Positions 38,278-47,041 of a DNA stretch of 64,000 nt are shown one piece after another. Where the stretch lies: the NCBI GenBank assembly GCA_947085035.1, contig CAMTUW010000003.1:27-64026 (forward strand), written 5' to 3'. The position numbers and the translations under genes are program-made. Under the pieces are notes generated by a model. That model was not told where the DNA came from and did no database searches. It worked only from the letters and a program-made list of their open reading frames with translations. How positions within the stretch are numbered: position 1 is the stretch's first letter; each line of letters begins with the position of its first letter. Origin of the DNA: an uncultured Actinomycetes bacterium (lineage in GTDB: Bacteria > Actinomycetota > Coriobacteriia > Anaerosomatales > PHET01).

Positions 38278-38727
38278 TCAGCTCACGGCTCTCCTGATGA
38301 GCCTGGCGATCTCTTCTTCCACGGTGGATGTCAGTTCTTTGAGCGCGAAGGAGGTCGGCCACATGTCGCCTTCGTCCAGGTTCGCGGCATCGCTGAACCC
38401 GAGAGTCGAGTATCTGAACTTGAACTTGCTCGCGATTTGGAAGAAGCACACGACTTTGCCGTTGAGTGCGTATGCGGGCATACCGTACCAAGTCTTCGGC
38501 GTCAGCTCCGGCGCGCTGGCCTTGACGATCTCGTGAAGCCGCAAGGCCATCTGCCGGTCCGGCTCAGGCATCTCAGCGATCTTTGCGAGCACATCGTCTT
38601 CCCCGTCATGCTTCGAACGCGCACCGCTCCGTACTTCTGCCTTGAGCTCTTGCGTGCGCTCCTTCATCGCGGCTCGTTCTTCGGCCGAGAATCCCTCGGA
38701 TTTCCGCGCTTCCTTCTCCGGACTCAT
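38278..38727 (-). CDS. DUF1801 (YdhG-like) domain protein
   Basis: Start trimmed to MSPEKEARK... [34 protein letters not shown] is typical of DUF1801. Confidence 0.65.
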   Translation of the reverse strand: MSPEKEARKSEGFSAEERAAMKERTQELKAEVRSGARSKHDGEDDVLAKIAEMPEPDRQMALRLHEIVKASAPELTPKTWYGMPAYALNGKVVCFFQIASKFKFRYSTLGFSDAANLDEGDMWPTSFALKELTSTVEEEIARLIRRAVS

Positions 38728-38776
38728 GTGACGCTCCCTTTCACTAGACGGTCCATCGTGCACCTCGGGGATTCGA

Positions 38777-39589
38777 TCACGACGACGGAGGTGCGTCCTG
38801 AGTCTGCGCAGCACCCCAACTCGAAACGGTCGAGCTACGAGCCTCTTCGAGGTGGTAGGCGGCGCGCCCGTACATGCCGAAGTAGTACGAATTCGCCAAA
38901 CCCAGATAGAGCCCAAGCGCCATCGCGAACACGATGTAGCCGAAGTAGCCAACAACTCCCAGGACAAGGATGGCGATTGCCTTCAGTTCCGACGAACCAG
39001 GAAGCAACACGATCAACAGGCCGAACGAGCCGAAATACAGGATCATCGCCGCAAGCGATATGCCCATGTTGAGTGAGGTGAATCCCCACGCCCTCATCAG
39101 CTTGGGCTTCTGTGCCTTCATCAGGCGCCAGATCTCTTTGAACTGGAAACCCGACTCGAACGTCCCGTAGAGCGCCACACGCAAGATCGTTGAGGAAGTG
39201 AAGGGGATGATCAGCACTGTCAACGTCATGACCACGAACAACGAAATCCCGGTGACCACTGCCATGCGCACCCATACCGTCGCTGGATCAAAATCTCCCA
39301 GCAGGCCGCCCATCAATGGCACCGCCATCATCATTGGAGTGAGAAATAGGCTCAGCACGACGGAGTACGGGAGGACGGCGACCGTGGCCTTGAGTCCCGC
39401 CAGTGCCTGCCCGGAGAAGTCAGACCAACCGGGTATTCGCCCGTCATCACCCCAGGCGACGTTGCGCTGGTACTCCATCTGCCAGCCGATCATCCACACC
39501 GTGCCGACATACGGGATAAGGGTGATGAGTACTCCGAGGCCGAGCTTGCGCTTCCACTGAGGATCCTTTCGGATGGCGGAGAATGCCAT
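38777..39589 (-). CDS. DUF4013 family membrane protein
   Basis: Start trimmed to [44 protein letters not shown] (DUF4013 N-terminal signature), followed by 5-6 TM helices. Confidence 0.65.
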   Translation of the reverse strand: MAFSAIRKDPQWKRKLGLGVLITLIPYVGTVWMIGWQMEYQRNVAWGDDGRIPGWSDFSGQALAGLKATVAVLPYSVVLSLFLTPMMMAVPLMGGLLGDFDPATVWVRMAVVTGISLFVVMTLTVLIIPFTSSTILRVALYGTFESGFQFKEIWRLMKAQKPKLMRAWGFTSLNMGISLAAMILYFGSFGLLIVLLPGSSELKAIAILVLGVVGYFGYIVFAMALGLYLGLANSYYFGMYGRAAYHLEEARSSTVSSWGAAQTQDAPPSS

Positions 39590-39745
39590 TCTATAGTCGA
39601 CCACAAAACCCTCCTTCTTGACTGTCGCGTCATCGGTGCCGCTGTCGCCCGACTCTCGATCCAATGATGCGCGTAACCCGCAAGGCGCTCCAAGCGCCTG
39701 CAACCCGAGGATGGAAGTCAGTGGGGACCGCTTGTCAGCCAGACA

Positions 39746-40252
39746 TCACTGCCTGGGCATCCACCGTGTCTTCCAGAGTCCGTCGACCTTGTGAACCGGC
39801 CACCACTCACCAGGCTCATCGACGGTGACGGGACGAATTGCGCTGCTCGGCGGGTTTGTCGTGACGGCGTAGACGACACGGACCCACGCCGCATCGCTGG
39901 CGGTGACCCTGACCTCAAGGATACGGAAGTCCAGATAGGTTTCGCGCGCCTCGGCCCACTCACGCGCCGCAGTCGCATAGTCCATCGACGGAGAAGCGTA
40001 GGAGGAGTAGGCCGTCTGCCATGCCGTCTTGTTCAGAGCGTCGACAAGCGCGAGAACGGCCTCGCCAGGCAACTGTCCGGCTGCATCAGCACGCTCAAGC
40101 AACGGATCATCCTGAGGCAGATCCGCTCCGAGAGATGTCTCCTCACTCGGAGCACTGGTCGAATCCATGTTCTCAGCAGGCGTCGGTACTACGCTTGAGG
40201 TGCACCCGATCAACATCAACATGACCACGCACAACGCGATCCCGAGTCGCAT
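39746..40252 (-). CDS. lipoprotein, function unknown
   Basis: Start trimmed to MRLGIALCVVMLMLIGC (lipobox). The mature part is acidic with no recognised motif. Confidence 0.5.
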   Translation of the reverse strand: MRLGIALCVVMLMLIGCTSSVVPTPAENMDSTSAPSEETSLGADLPQDDPLLERADAAGQLPGEAVLALVDALNKTAWQTAYSSYASPSMDYATAAREWAEARETYLDFRILEVRVTASDAAWVRVVYAVTTNPPSSAIRPVTVDEPGEWWPVHKVDGLWKTRWMPRQ

Positions 40253-40462
40253 CGTTCCCCCAGTTCTGTCGAACGTCTGTGGCATGGCCCGCAAGCCGCA
40301 GCCGTGCCGGTTCCTACTCAGACTACCGCCCCTGCCGCGGTTTGTCAGTGCAGCGACTCCGGCAACCGCAGGCTGATGCTGCCGTCTCAGCCGGCGTCCT
40401 TGTGCAAGATGTCGTCGATGCTCTTGAATCCGCGCACTGCCGATCCCCAGCTCAGAATCACA

Positions 40463-40489
40463 GAAGCCCCTCCAGAATGGAGAGGCTTC
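40463..40489 (-). terminator. hairpin terminator downstream of tRNA-Phe
   Basis: The minus strand reads GAAGCCTCTCCA-TTC-TGGAGGGGCTTC (one G-U pair at the 7th position of the stem) followed by TGTGATTCTG. Confidence 0.5.
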
Positions 40490-40501
40490 CGACGTTTTCG
40501 A

Positions 40502-40577
40502 TGGTGGCCAGAGAGGGACTTGAACCCCCGGCACGGGGATTTTCAGTCCCCTGCTCTACCACCTGAGCTACCTGGCC
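40502..40577 (-). tRNA. tRNA-Phe (anticodon GAA)
   Basis: The minus strand reads GGCCAGGTAGCTCAGGTGGTAGAGCAGGGGACTGAAAATCCCCGTGCCGGGGGTTCAAGTCCCTCTCTGGCCACCA, a canonical cloverleaf with encoded CCA. Confidence 0.92.
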
Positions 40578-40664
40578 GTTTCGCGTGCCCACGTATGTTA
40601 GCGACGAGGGTGTTACGCGTCAAACAACGCGCCCGCGCGAAAGCCGCGCGAAAGTCCGCATCCG

Positions 40665-42062
40665 TCACGGCCCGATCGCGTAGAACAGCACGACCGGACT
40701 GCCTCGCTGCGCCTTCGCGCCTGCGGCCGGCAACTGAGCGACGACTTGGTTCGTCGGCTTGCCCGTACCCGTGCTTCCTGCAGGCACGGTTTGGAAGCCG
40801 GCATCAGCGAGCGTCTGCTCCGCATCGGCAAGCGTCGCTCCCACCACGTTTGGAATCTCCACAGCGTCGGCGGTTGGCGGCCCGCTTGAGACCACGATGC
40901 CCACCCGAGAGCCCTCAAGCACCTTCTCGCCAGCCAAAGGCGTCTGACTGATCACGACGTCGGAGGCGACCGCATCGCTTGCAGCTCCAGCCACTGAGAT
41001 CACGAACCCGGCCTCGCGAAGCACGCGCTCAGCATCGACTCGGGTCAGGCCCTCCACGTCAGGTATCTGCACATCTTTCGGCTGCTTACCCTCAGAGATC
41101 ACGATCTCGATGGTGGTGCCGGGCAGGGCCATCGCGCCCCCGGAAGGGGTCTGATCGGCTACGAGACCCCTGTTCACGAACAGGTTGGGCAACCGAGTGA
41201 CCATCGTCTTGAACCCGGCCTTCTCAATGGCCTTGGTCGCCTGCACCTGGTTCATCCCGGCGACATCCGGCACCAACACGAGCGCGGGACCGGTCGAAAG
41301 AGCCAGGTTCACCGCGCTGCCCTTCGAGGCCTGGGTCCGCGCCGCCGGGGACTGCGAGACGACCGTGCCGACGGGCACATTCGCGCTCGCCGTCTCGTCA
41401 ACACTCCCTACAACGAACCCCGCTGCCACGATGATCCTCGATGCCTCCGCCTCAGTCATCCCTGCGACGTCCGGAACGCTGGGACGGCCGCCGCTGAACA
41501 TCGCCACGAGCAGCGCGACCGCCACAAGGAGCGCGCCGATTCCGGCAGCCCACATCCACGGCTTCGGGCGACCCGGCTCCCCACTCGCCAACGAGTCGTG
41601 ATCCGGGAGTTGCGCGATGACGACCCCCTCCGGAACAGTGTTGCTGTGCTCGTGCACGAACTTCGGAGCGAACCCGGCGGATTGGATCAGCGAGACGGCC
41701 TCTGATTCAGTCATGCCGACCGTATCGGGTAGGAGTATCTGTGTAGAGGGGGCCGGTGGCGACCCGCTTGAGACCAGGATCACGGCCTGCGAACCAGCGC
41801 TCGCACTCGCCGCGCCCTGCGGGAGCTGCGCGATCACGGAGCCCTTGCGTCGCGTCTGGTTGTAGTCGTTGAAGACCTGAACCGGTAGCCCGGCCTCCTG
41901 GAAGGCGGAAAGCGCATCCCCCTGAGGTAGCCCCCTCACATCAGGAACCTCGACCTGCGGCGATGGCGCGAACTGCGAGGGGCCTGCCGAGATCATGAGG
42001 ATGATACGAGATCCCCTCGCCAGAAGGGGTCTGGTCTTCGCTGGCGCCTGGCTGGTGGACAT
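40665..42062 (-). CDS. multi-PASTA-domain membrane protein (no kinase or transpeptidase domain)
   Basis: Six PDV.G......A...L...G repeats of ~65 aa. One central TM (PWMWAAGIGALLVAVALLVAMF) has two repeats before it and four after it. Confidence 0.75.
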   Translation of the reverse strand: MSTSQAPAKTRPLLARGSRIILMISAGPSQFAPSPQVEVPDVRGLPQGDALSAFQEAGLPVQVFNDYNQTRRKGSVIAQLPQGAASASAGSQAVILVSSGSPPAPSTQILLPDTVGMTESEAVSLIQSAGFAPKFVHEHSNTVPEGVVIAQLPDHDSLASGEPGRPKPWMWAAGIGALLVAVALLVAMFSGGRPSVPDVAGMTEAEASRIIVAAGFVVGSVDETASANVPVGTVVSQSPAARTQASKGSAVNLALSTGPALVLVPDVAGMNQVQATKAIEKAGFKTMVTRLPNLFVNRGLVADQTPSGGAMALPGTTIEIVISEGKQPKDVQIPDVEGLTRVDAERVLREAGFVISVAGAASDAVASDVVISQTPLAGEKVLEGSRVGIVVSSGPPTADAVEIPNVVGATLADAEQTLADAGFQTVPAGSTGTGKPTNQVVAQLPAAGAKAQRGSPVVLFYAIGP

Positions 42063-42185
42063 GGAGTCTCCTCGCGGTATGGCATCAAAGGGCGTGTGGC
42101 GAGCAACTCATTCTGTCATTCTCTACCCTATGTTCCCCGACACGAACTCCGCACGCCCGGCTGTTTCGACGCGAAAGGACCCCCG

Positions 42186-42887
42186 ATGACTCCGGAAGCA
42201 AAACGTGGTGACGCGCTCCAGTTCATCTTCTCACTCTTCTTAGGAGTGCTGCTCCTCGTCTTCGTGGGCGTCGGAGTCTGGACCTTTTACCCGGAGCCTC
42301 GCACGACACCTGAGGCTCAGGCGCAACTCGACAGGCTGTATCAGGAGCAGGCGCGTCTGGACGGCAAGTACTCGGATCTCGATGGCACGAGAGAGCTCCT
42401 CCCCGCCGAGGAGAAGCGACGCGAAGAGGTTCGCAAGAAGCTTGACGCCCTGCAAAAGATCAGCGAGAACGAGCGCAATACGTGGACCCGCAACACGAGC
42501 ATCGTTCTTCTGGCCTTCGCCACGGTGTTCATGGCCATCTCATTGACGCTTCCCGAAGCCATGAAGGTGTTCAGCAACGGGCTACTCCTCGGCGGCATGT
42601 TCACGCTCATCTACGGCACCGGATGGTCGTTTGCCGGCGGTGACTCGCGGGCGAGGTTCTACGTCGTGGCTGTCGCGTTGCTTCTCAGCGTGGGCTTCGG
42701 CTATCTGCGATTCATCCGGAGAAAGCGCGCGCAGTCCCAGACAGAGCTCGCGTCCACGGCGAGCGCTGTCGGCGAGGGGCCCGCTGTGGACACCACAGCG
42801 CTGAGCGACCTCGGTCGACGAGTGGCCGATCTGGAGCATCGCGTCTCGGCCGCAGCGGCGGCACTCGCGCCAGACGTGGACGAATAA
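42186..42887 (+). CDS. membrane protein with coiled-coil loop, function unknown
   Basis: Start trimmed to MTPEAKRGDALQFIFSLFLGVLLLVFVGV. It has four hydrophobic helices and a charged helical insert. Confidence 0.5.
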   Translation: MTPEAKRGDALQFIFSLFLGVLLLVFVGVGVWTFYPEPRTTPEAQAQLDRLYQEQARLDGKYSDLDGTRELLPAEEKRREEVRKKLDALQKISENERNTWTRNTSIVLLAFATVFMAISLTLPEAMKVFSNGLLLGGMFTLIYGTGWSFAGGDSRARFYVVAVALLLSVGFGYLRFIRRKRAQSQTELASTASAVGEGPAVDTTALSDLGRRVADLEHRVSAAAAALAPDVDE

Positions 42888-42995
42888 CGCGCGCGTACTC
42901 GCGCGCACGCCTGATGCGCCACGGCCGATTCTGTGTTCCAATGAACTCAGGGTGCGCCGGGGAGGATCGACGCCGTCACTTTTTGGGAGGAACCC

Positions 42996-45422
42996 ATGAC
43001 GTTTACCGTCAGACACACCTCGGCTCGACTGTTCGTCCTGCTCGCATTATGTGCGGCACTGCTCGCTCTGGGCACCGTGAGCGCACATGCGACACCGCTC
43101 GAGCCGACCCTGTCCATCACCCAGATCGAGGCGAGACTGGCCGCGAGCCCTCCCGGTCTTCCGGGGTACTTCAAGACGGTCGTGCGCGGCTCAGAGGTCG
43201 TGACCATCCCGGCACTGATCATAGGCACGACGTCGGGCTTCGGAGCCGTCGAGGATAACGACGCCGACTCACTGGTCATGTTCGAATCGAGCGGTCCGAT
43301 CATCGAGCGCATCGGTGGAATCGCCATGGGCATGAGCGGCAGCCCCCTCTACATCGTCGATGGCGACGGGGACAAGCTGGTCGGAGCTGTGGCTTACGGG
43401 GACTGGTTCACGCTTCGGGGCACTGGTCTCGCCACCCCGATCGGTGCGATGGGCGCCGTGGGAGGCAACATCGAGGTGTCCAGGATCGTGCGCACGTCTC
43501 GCCCGATCGTCACCTCGAAAGGCGTGAAGTCCACCGTCATCATCACAACCGATCCCGAGAGCTTCAAAGCCGCCGAGGAAGGCGGAGCGATCGTGGTCGA
43601 GCCGCTCTCATCGGTGTTCGTGGGCGGGCTCAAGCCAGGATCCGCGGCATTCAAGGCCCTCGAGAAGGCAAGCCGCGTCGCCGGGCTCACCCTGCGCACG
43701 GAGGCTCCCTTGGGTCGTCGGGATACGTTCGAGACCACATTCACTCCCGGCTCCGCCATGGCCGCCCTGATCACCCGGGGCGACCTGTTGTTCGGCGGTA
43801 TCGGAACGGTGACCTACGTCAACGACGACAACGTCGTCGGCTTCGGCCACCCGCTGATGCACGAAGGCGAGACCGGTATCTATCTCGCGAACGCATGGAT
43901 CGAGGGCGTCTGGCCCAGCACCATGTTCCCCTTCAAGCTGGCTCGTCCCGGAAAGATCCAGGGCACCCTGCTCGAGGACCGATGGGCGGCCGTCGCGGGG
44001 CGCGTGGGTGAGACACCGCATGAGCTGATCGTGACGGCGCGCGCGACCGACGCCGCCACCGGGCGCTCAGCCGATACGACCTCGTGGATACCCCAGCACG
44101 CCATGGAGTCACCCTCTTTGATGGACTTCCCACTGGCACCTTTCGCCACTTCGATCGCCGGATCTCGTCTCTACGACCAGCGGGTGAGGGCCGGAAGCGC
44201 GCAGACGACGACAACGGTGATGGTCCATGACGGAACCGACATGCACACCATCGTCCAGACGAACACCGTCGACAGCGCCTGGGACGTTTTGGGCCGCGTG
44301 AATGACGACGTCTGGGAGATCACGTCGAGACTGAACAGCGTCAACGCGAACGGCATCACCGTCGCACATGTCCACTCGGTCAACCTCGAGTCAACCTTCA
44401 GCACCGCGCGTCGCGCCGCGAGCATCGTGGATGTACGCGTTCCGCAAGGCCTGAAGACGGGCGAGAACCGCGTCACCGTGATGTATCACCAGTTCGGACG
44501 CGCGGCGACTCAGACCGTCGACGTCACGCTGACCATTCCCGCTGACGTTCCTCTCAACGGCACCCTCACGGTGACCGGCGGCGCGGACCAGTCGAGCGGA
44601 GACTTCCCTGGGGTGGATGAGGTGGATGAGAAGGAGCCAAGCTCGCAGAGCAACATCGACCGCCGCAGCCTAGCCGACGTGATCAAGGAGATTGAAGACG
44701 TCCCTGCGGTGGGCAACATCGCCCTTTCATACACCTCGCCCGGCGAGGAACCTGAACTGGACGAGGATCTCGATATCGAGTTCAACTCATTGAGCGGGCC
44801 CTCGACTCCCGCAACCGCGAGCGTCGAGACCGATCTTGTCATGAGCGGCTTCGTGAGCAAGTCCGCCACGCAGATCACGCTGATGCCGGTCGGGCCCGTC
44901 GCTTACAAGGCGAGCGCCCTGATCGAAGGCGTCGTGAAAGGCGCCGACAGTGGCGAGGTCGAGATATACCGCACCTTCGTCGGCGAGTCGGAGCATCTGC
45001 TCACGAAGGTCAAGCTCTCCTCAGAGGGCATGTTCGAGGCACCGGCCCCGCAGATGACCAAGAACGCCAAGTTCCGCGTGGTCTACCTGGGAACGAGCTC
45101 CACGCTTGAGAGCAACGCCCTACTGTCGGTGAAGACGAGAGCCGCGATCATGCTTCGCACCTCGACGACATCGGTCGCGCGTGGCAAGTACCTGACGCTC
45201 ACAGCGTCCGTCATGCCCACCGGAACCACAGGCACCGTGGTCTTCGAGCGACTCAACGGTAGAAGCTGGACCCGCATCGGTACGCGTTCGCTCAGCGCGG
45301 GTAGCGCGTCGCTGCGATTCAAGGCGACCACCCTGGGCAGTAACTCCGTGCGAGTGCGCTACGTGGGCGGCGCTGTCAACGCGGCGGCCACGAGTTCTGT
45401 GAAGCGCTTCACGGTCAGGTAA
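42996..45422 (+). CDS. secreted SpoIVB-type (peptidase S55) serine protease with C-terminal Ig-like repeats
   Basis: Signal peptide (LFVLLALCAALLALGTVSAHA), GGIAMGMSGSPLY (the GxSGSP catalytic Ser motif of S55) and a beta-rich C-terminal ~250 aa. GGGAGGA RBS. Confidence 0.65.
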   Translation: MTFTVRHTSARLFVLLALCAALLALGTVSAHATPLEPTLSITQIEARLAASPPGLPGYFKTVVRGSEVVTIPALIIGTTSGFGAVEDNDADSLVMFESSGPIIERIGGIAMGMSGSPLYIVDGDGDKLVGAVAYGDWFTLRGTGLATPIGAMGAVGGNIEVSRIVRTSRPIVTSKGVKSTVIITTDPESFKAAEEGGAIVVEPLSSVFVGGLKPGSAAFKALEKASRVAGLTLRTEAPLGRRDTFETTFTPGSAMAALITRGDLLFGGIGTVTYVNDDNVVGFGHPLMHEGETGIYLANAWIEGVWPSTMFPFKLARPGKIQGTLLEDRWAAVAGRVGETPHELIVTARATDAATGRSADTTSWIPQHAMESPSLMDFPLAPFATSIAGSRLYDQRVRAGSAQTTTTVMVHDGTDMHTIVQTNTVDSAWDVLGRVNDDVWEITSRLNSVNANGITVAHVHSVNLESTFSTARRAASIVDVRVPQGLKTGENRVTVMYHQFGRAATQTVDVTLTIPADVPLNGTLTVTGGADQSSGDFPGVDEVDEKEPSSQSNIDRRSLADVIKEIEDVPAVGNIALSYTSPGEEPELDEDLDIEFNSLSGPSTPATASVETDLVMSGFVSKSATQITLMPVGPVAYKASALIEGVVKGADSGEVEIYRTFVGESEHLLTKVKLSSEGMFEAPAPQMTKNAKFRVVYLGTSSTLESNALLSVKTRAAIMLRTSTTSVARGKYLTLTASVMPTGTTGTVVFERLNGRSWTRIGTRSLSAGSASLRFKATTLGSNSVRVRYVGGAVNAAATSSVKRFTVR

Positions 45423-45442
45423 CCGCACCACGAGAAACCAAC

Positions 45443-45480
45443 GGCCGTCCGCACCGGGCTCACGCTCAGTGCGGACGGCC
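45443..45480. terminator. bidirectional rho-independent terminator between convergent genes
   Basis: GGCCGTCCGCAC-14 nt loop-GTGCGGACGGCC (12-bp stem) followed by TTCTTGTT. Confidence 0.7.
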
Positions 45481-45486
45481 TTCTTG

Positions 45487-46479
45487 TTACTTGACGATGT
45501 GGACCTTCGTGCCAACCGGCACGCGATCGAACAGGTCCTCGACATCCTCGCGAAGCATGCGCAGGCAGCCCTTGCTCGCCGCCGTGCCGATCGAGTAACG
45601 CTTCGAGGTCCCGTGGATGCGGATCCCGGGCGCATCGAGATTGAGCGCCCGCGTACCCAGCGGGTTGTACGGGCTGGGGCCGATGAACCTCGGCATGCGG
45701 CGAGCCCATGCGCTTCCGGGATTGCCCCACGTGGGATTCTTGCGCTTCGCGGTGATAGTGAACGTCCCGGTGGGAGTCGCGTACCCGCGTGCTCCGACGG
45801 CGCAGCGATACTTCTTCAGGAGCTTGCCCTTGTCGTAGAGCCTGATCCGGCGCTCGGACAGGTCGGCATGGACCACTTTGCCCAACTTGGCCTTCGTGAC
45901 ACGCGGTGCGATCGAGTTGACCTTGAGCGGCACGGTCGCCGTCGTGGTCTCACCTGAGGTCAGCGCGGAGGCGACGGCCGCGCGCACTATGGCGACAGAA
46001 GCCGCACGATCGAGTCCGCGCCCTGCGACGTGAGGCTTCACGATCATCTTGGCGTCACGGGCGACGTACTTCGCGTCCACCGGCGCCCTCGCTACGCTGC
46101 TTACCCTACCCGCGACCCACGAAGAGATGACCGCACCCTTGATCGAGTACTTGGGCGCTATCTCGAAACCAACCGTGGTCGTTGGCTCGTAGGCCTGCGC
46201 GAGCATCGCCTCGATGTCGAGGGCAAGCGCTGTACGCGTCGAGAACACGAAGATCTTCCCAGCAGCGGTAACGGTCAGCGGCGCGAACCCCGGAAGCGGC
46301 GTCGCACTCGCGATCAGTGCGCGCGCCTCGGCCGAATCGAGCCCGAGAAGCGGATGCCCGCCCACAGTGCAGTCATTCGGGACCGGCCCCACGACCTCGA
46401 CCGCGAACGCCGGAAGCGCCGGAGCCGTCAGGGCAACGACAAGGCCAATCGAGACAAGACGAGCGAGAAGAGAGTTCAT
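45487..46479 (-). CDS. L,D-transpeptidase (YkuD domain)
   Basis: The C-terminus has GTFTI....NPTW...IHGT.....G...S.GCLRM (catalytic His/Cys motif). Start trimmed to MNSLLARLVSIGLVVALTAPALPAFA (signal peptide). Confidence 0.85.
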   Translation of the reverse strand: MNSLLARLVSIGLVVALTAPALPAFAVEVVGPVPNDCTVGGHPLLGLDSAEARALIASATPLPGFAPLTVTAAGKIFVFSTRTALALDIEAMLAQAYEPTTTVGFEIAPKYSIKGAVISSWVAGRVSSVARAPVDAKYVARDAKMIVKPHVAGRGLDRAASVAIVRAAVASALTSGETTTATVPLKVNSIAPRVTKAKLGKVVHADLSERRIRLYDKGKLLKKYRCAVGARGYATPTGTFTITAKRKNPTWGNPGSAWARRMPRFIGPSPYNPLGTRALNLDAPGIRIHGTSKRYSIGTAASKGCLRMLREDVEDLFDRVPVGTKVHIVK

Positions 46480-46566
46480 CACAGACCCCAGACCGAACGA
46501 GGGTTGTTCGTGAAGTATAGGGGGATGCATGCGATCACCGCCAGAACTCTTCCGCCACCGAGGAGG

Positions 46567-47034
46567 TCAGCGCGACTGCTGAGCGATCAGGCGCTCGAGT
46601 TGCTCGCTGAAATGCTCGCGGTCCTCGTCGGTGAACGCCCGCGGGCCAGCGGTGCGCCCACCGCCACGACGATGCTTCGCCTCGGCGTGGCGGACCTCCA
46701 TCTCGATGTCGATGGTGGCCTGGTAGAAGATGCGTCCGCGCGGGCTGATGGCACCGGCGCCGCGCCCGAGCACCATGGCCGCCACGCCGATGTCCTGGGT
46801 CACGACGATGTCGTCAGGCGCGATGCGCTCGACGATCGCGAAGTCGGCGGCGTCGCGTCCGCCGCTCACCTGAACAGCTTCCACGCCCGAGCGCCGCGTG
46901 TGCTTCTCGAGGTTCTGCGTCGAGTTGGCCACAAGGACCACCTTGATGCCATGTGCGCGTGCGATGCTGATCGTCTCGCGGGTCACCGGACACGCATCGG
47001 CATCGATGAAGACCGTCACGATGCCACATCGCAA
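46567..47034 (-). CDS. YaiI/YqxD family protein (UPF0178/DUF188)
   Basis: VFIDADACPVTRE...VVLVAN...VTQDIGVAAMVLGRGA is typical of UPF0178. Confidence 0.75.
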   Translation of the reverse strand: MRCGIVTVFIDADACPVTRETISIARAHGIKVVLVANSTQNLEKHTRRSGVEAVQVSGGRDAADFAIVERIAPDDIVVTQDIGVAAMVLGRGAGAISPRGRIFYQATIDIEMEVRHAEAKHRRGGGRTAGPRAFTDEDREHFSEQLERLIAQQSR

Positions 47035-47041
47035 TCGCGCC

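Noticed and set aside
38171-38491. 106-aa minus-strand ORF, plus small ORFs in the R-M upstream region, as a possible controller (C) protein
   Set aside because: The long ORF overlaps the DUF1801 gene out of frame and has no HTH pattern. The short ORFs (8, 28 and 38 codons) lack an RBS and any recognisable fold signature.
40253-40577. Possible tRNA-Phe-targeted integrative island
   Set aside because: I found no integrase/recombinase ORF and no recognisable direct repeat of the tRNA 3' end at the distal boundary (~35.7-36.2 kb). It is kept only as a weak remark within the R-M finding.
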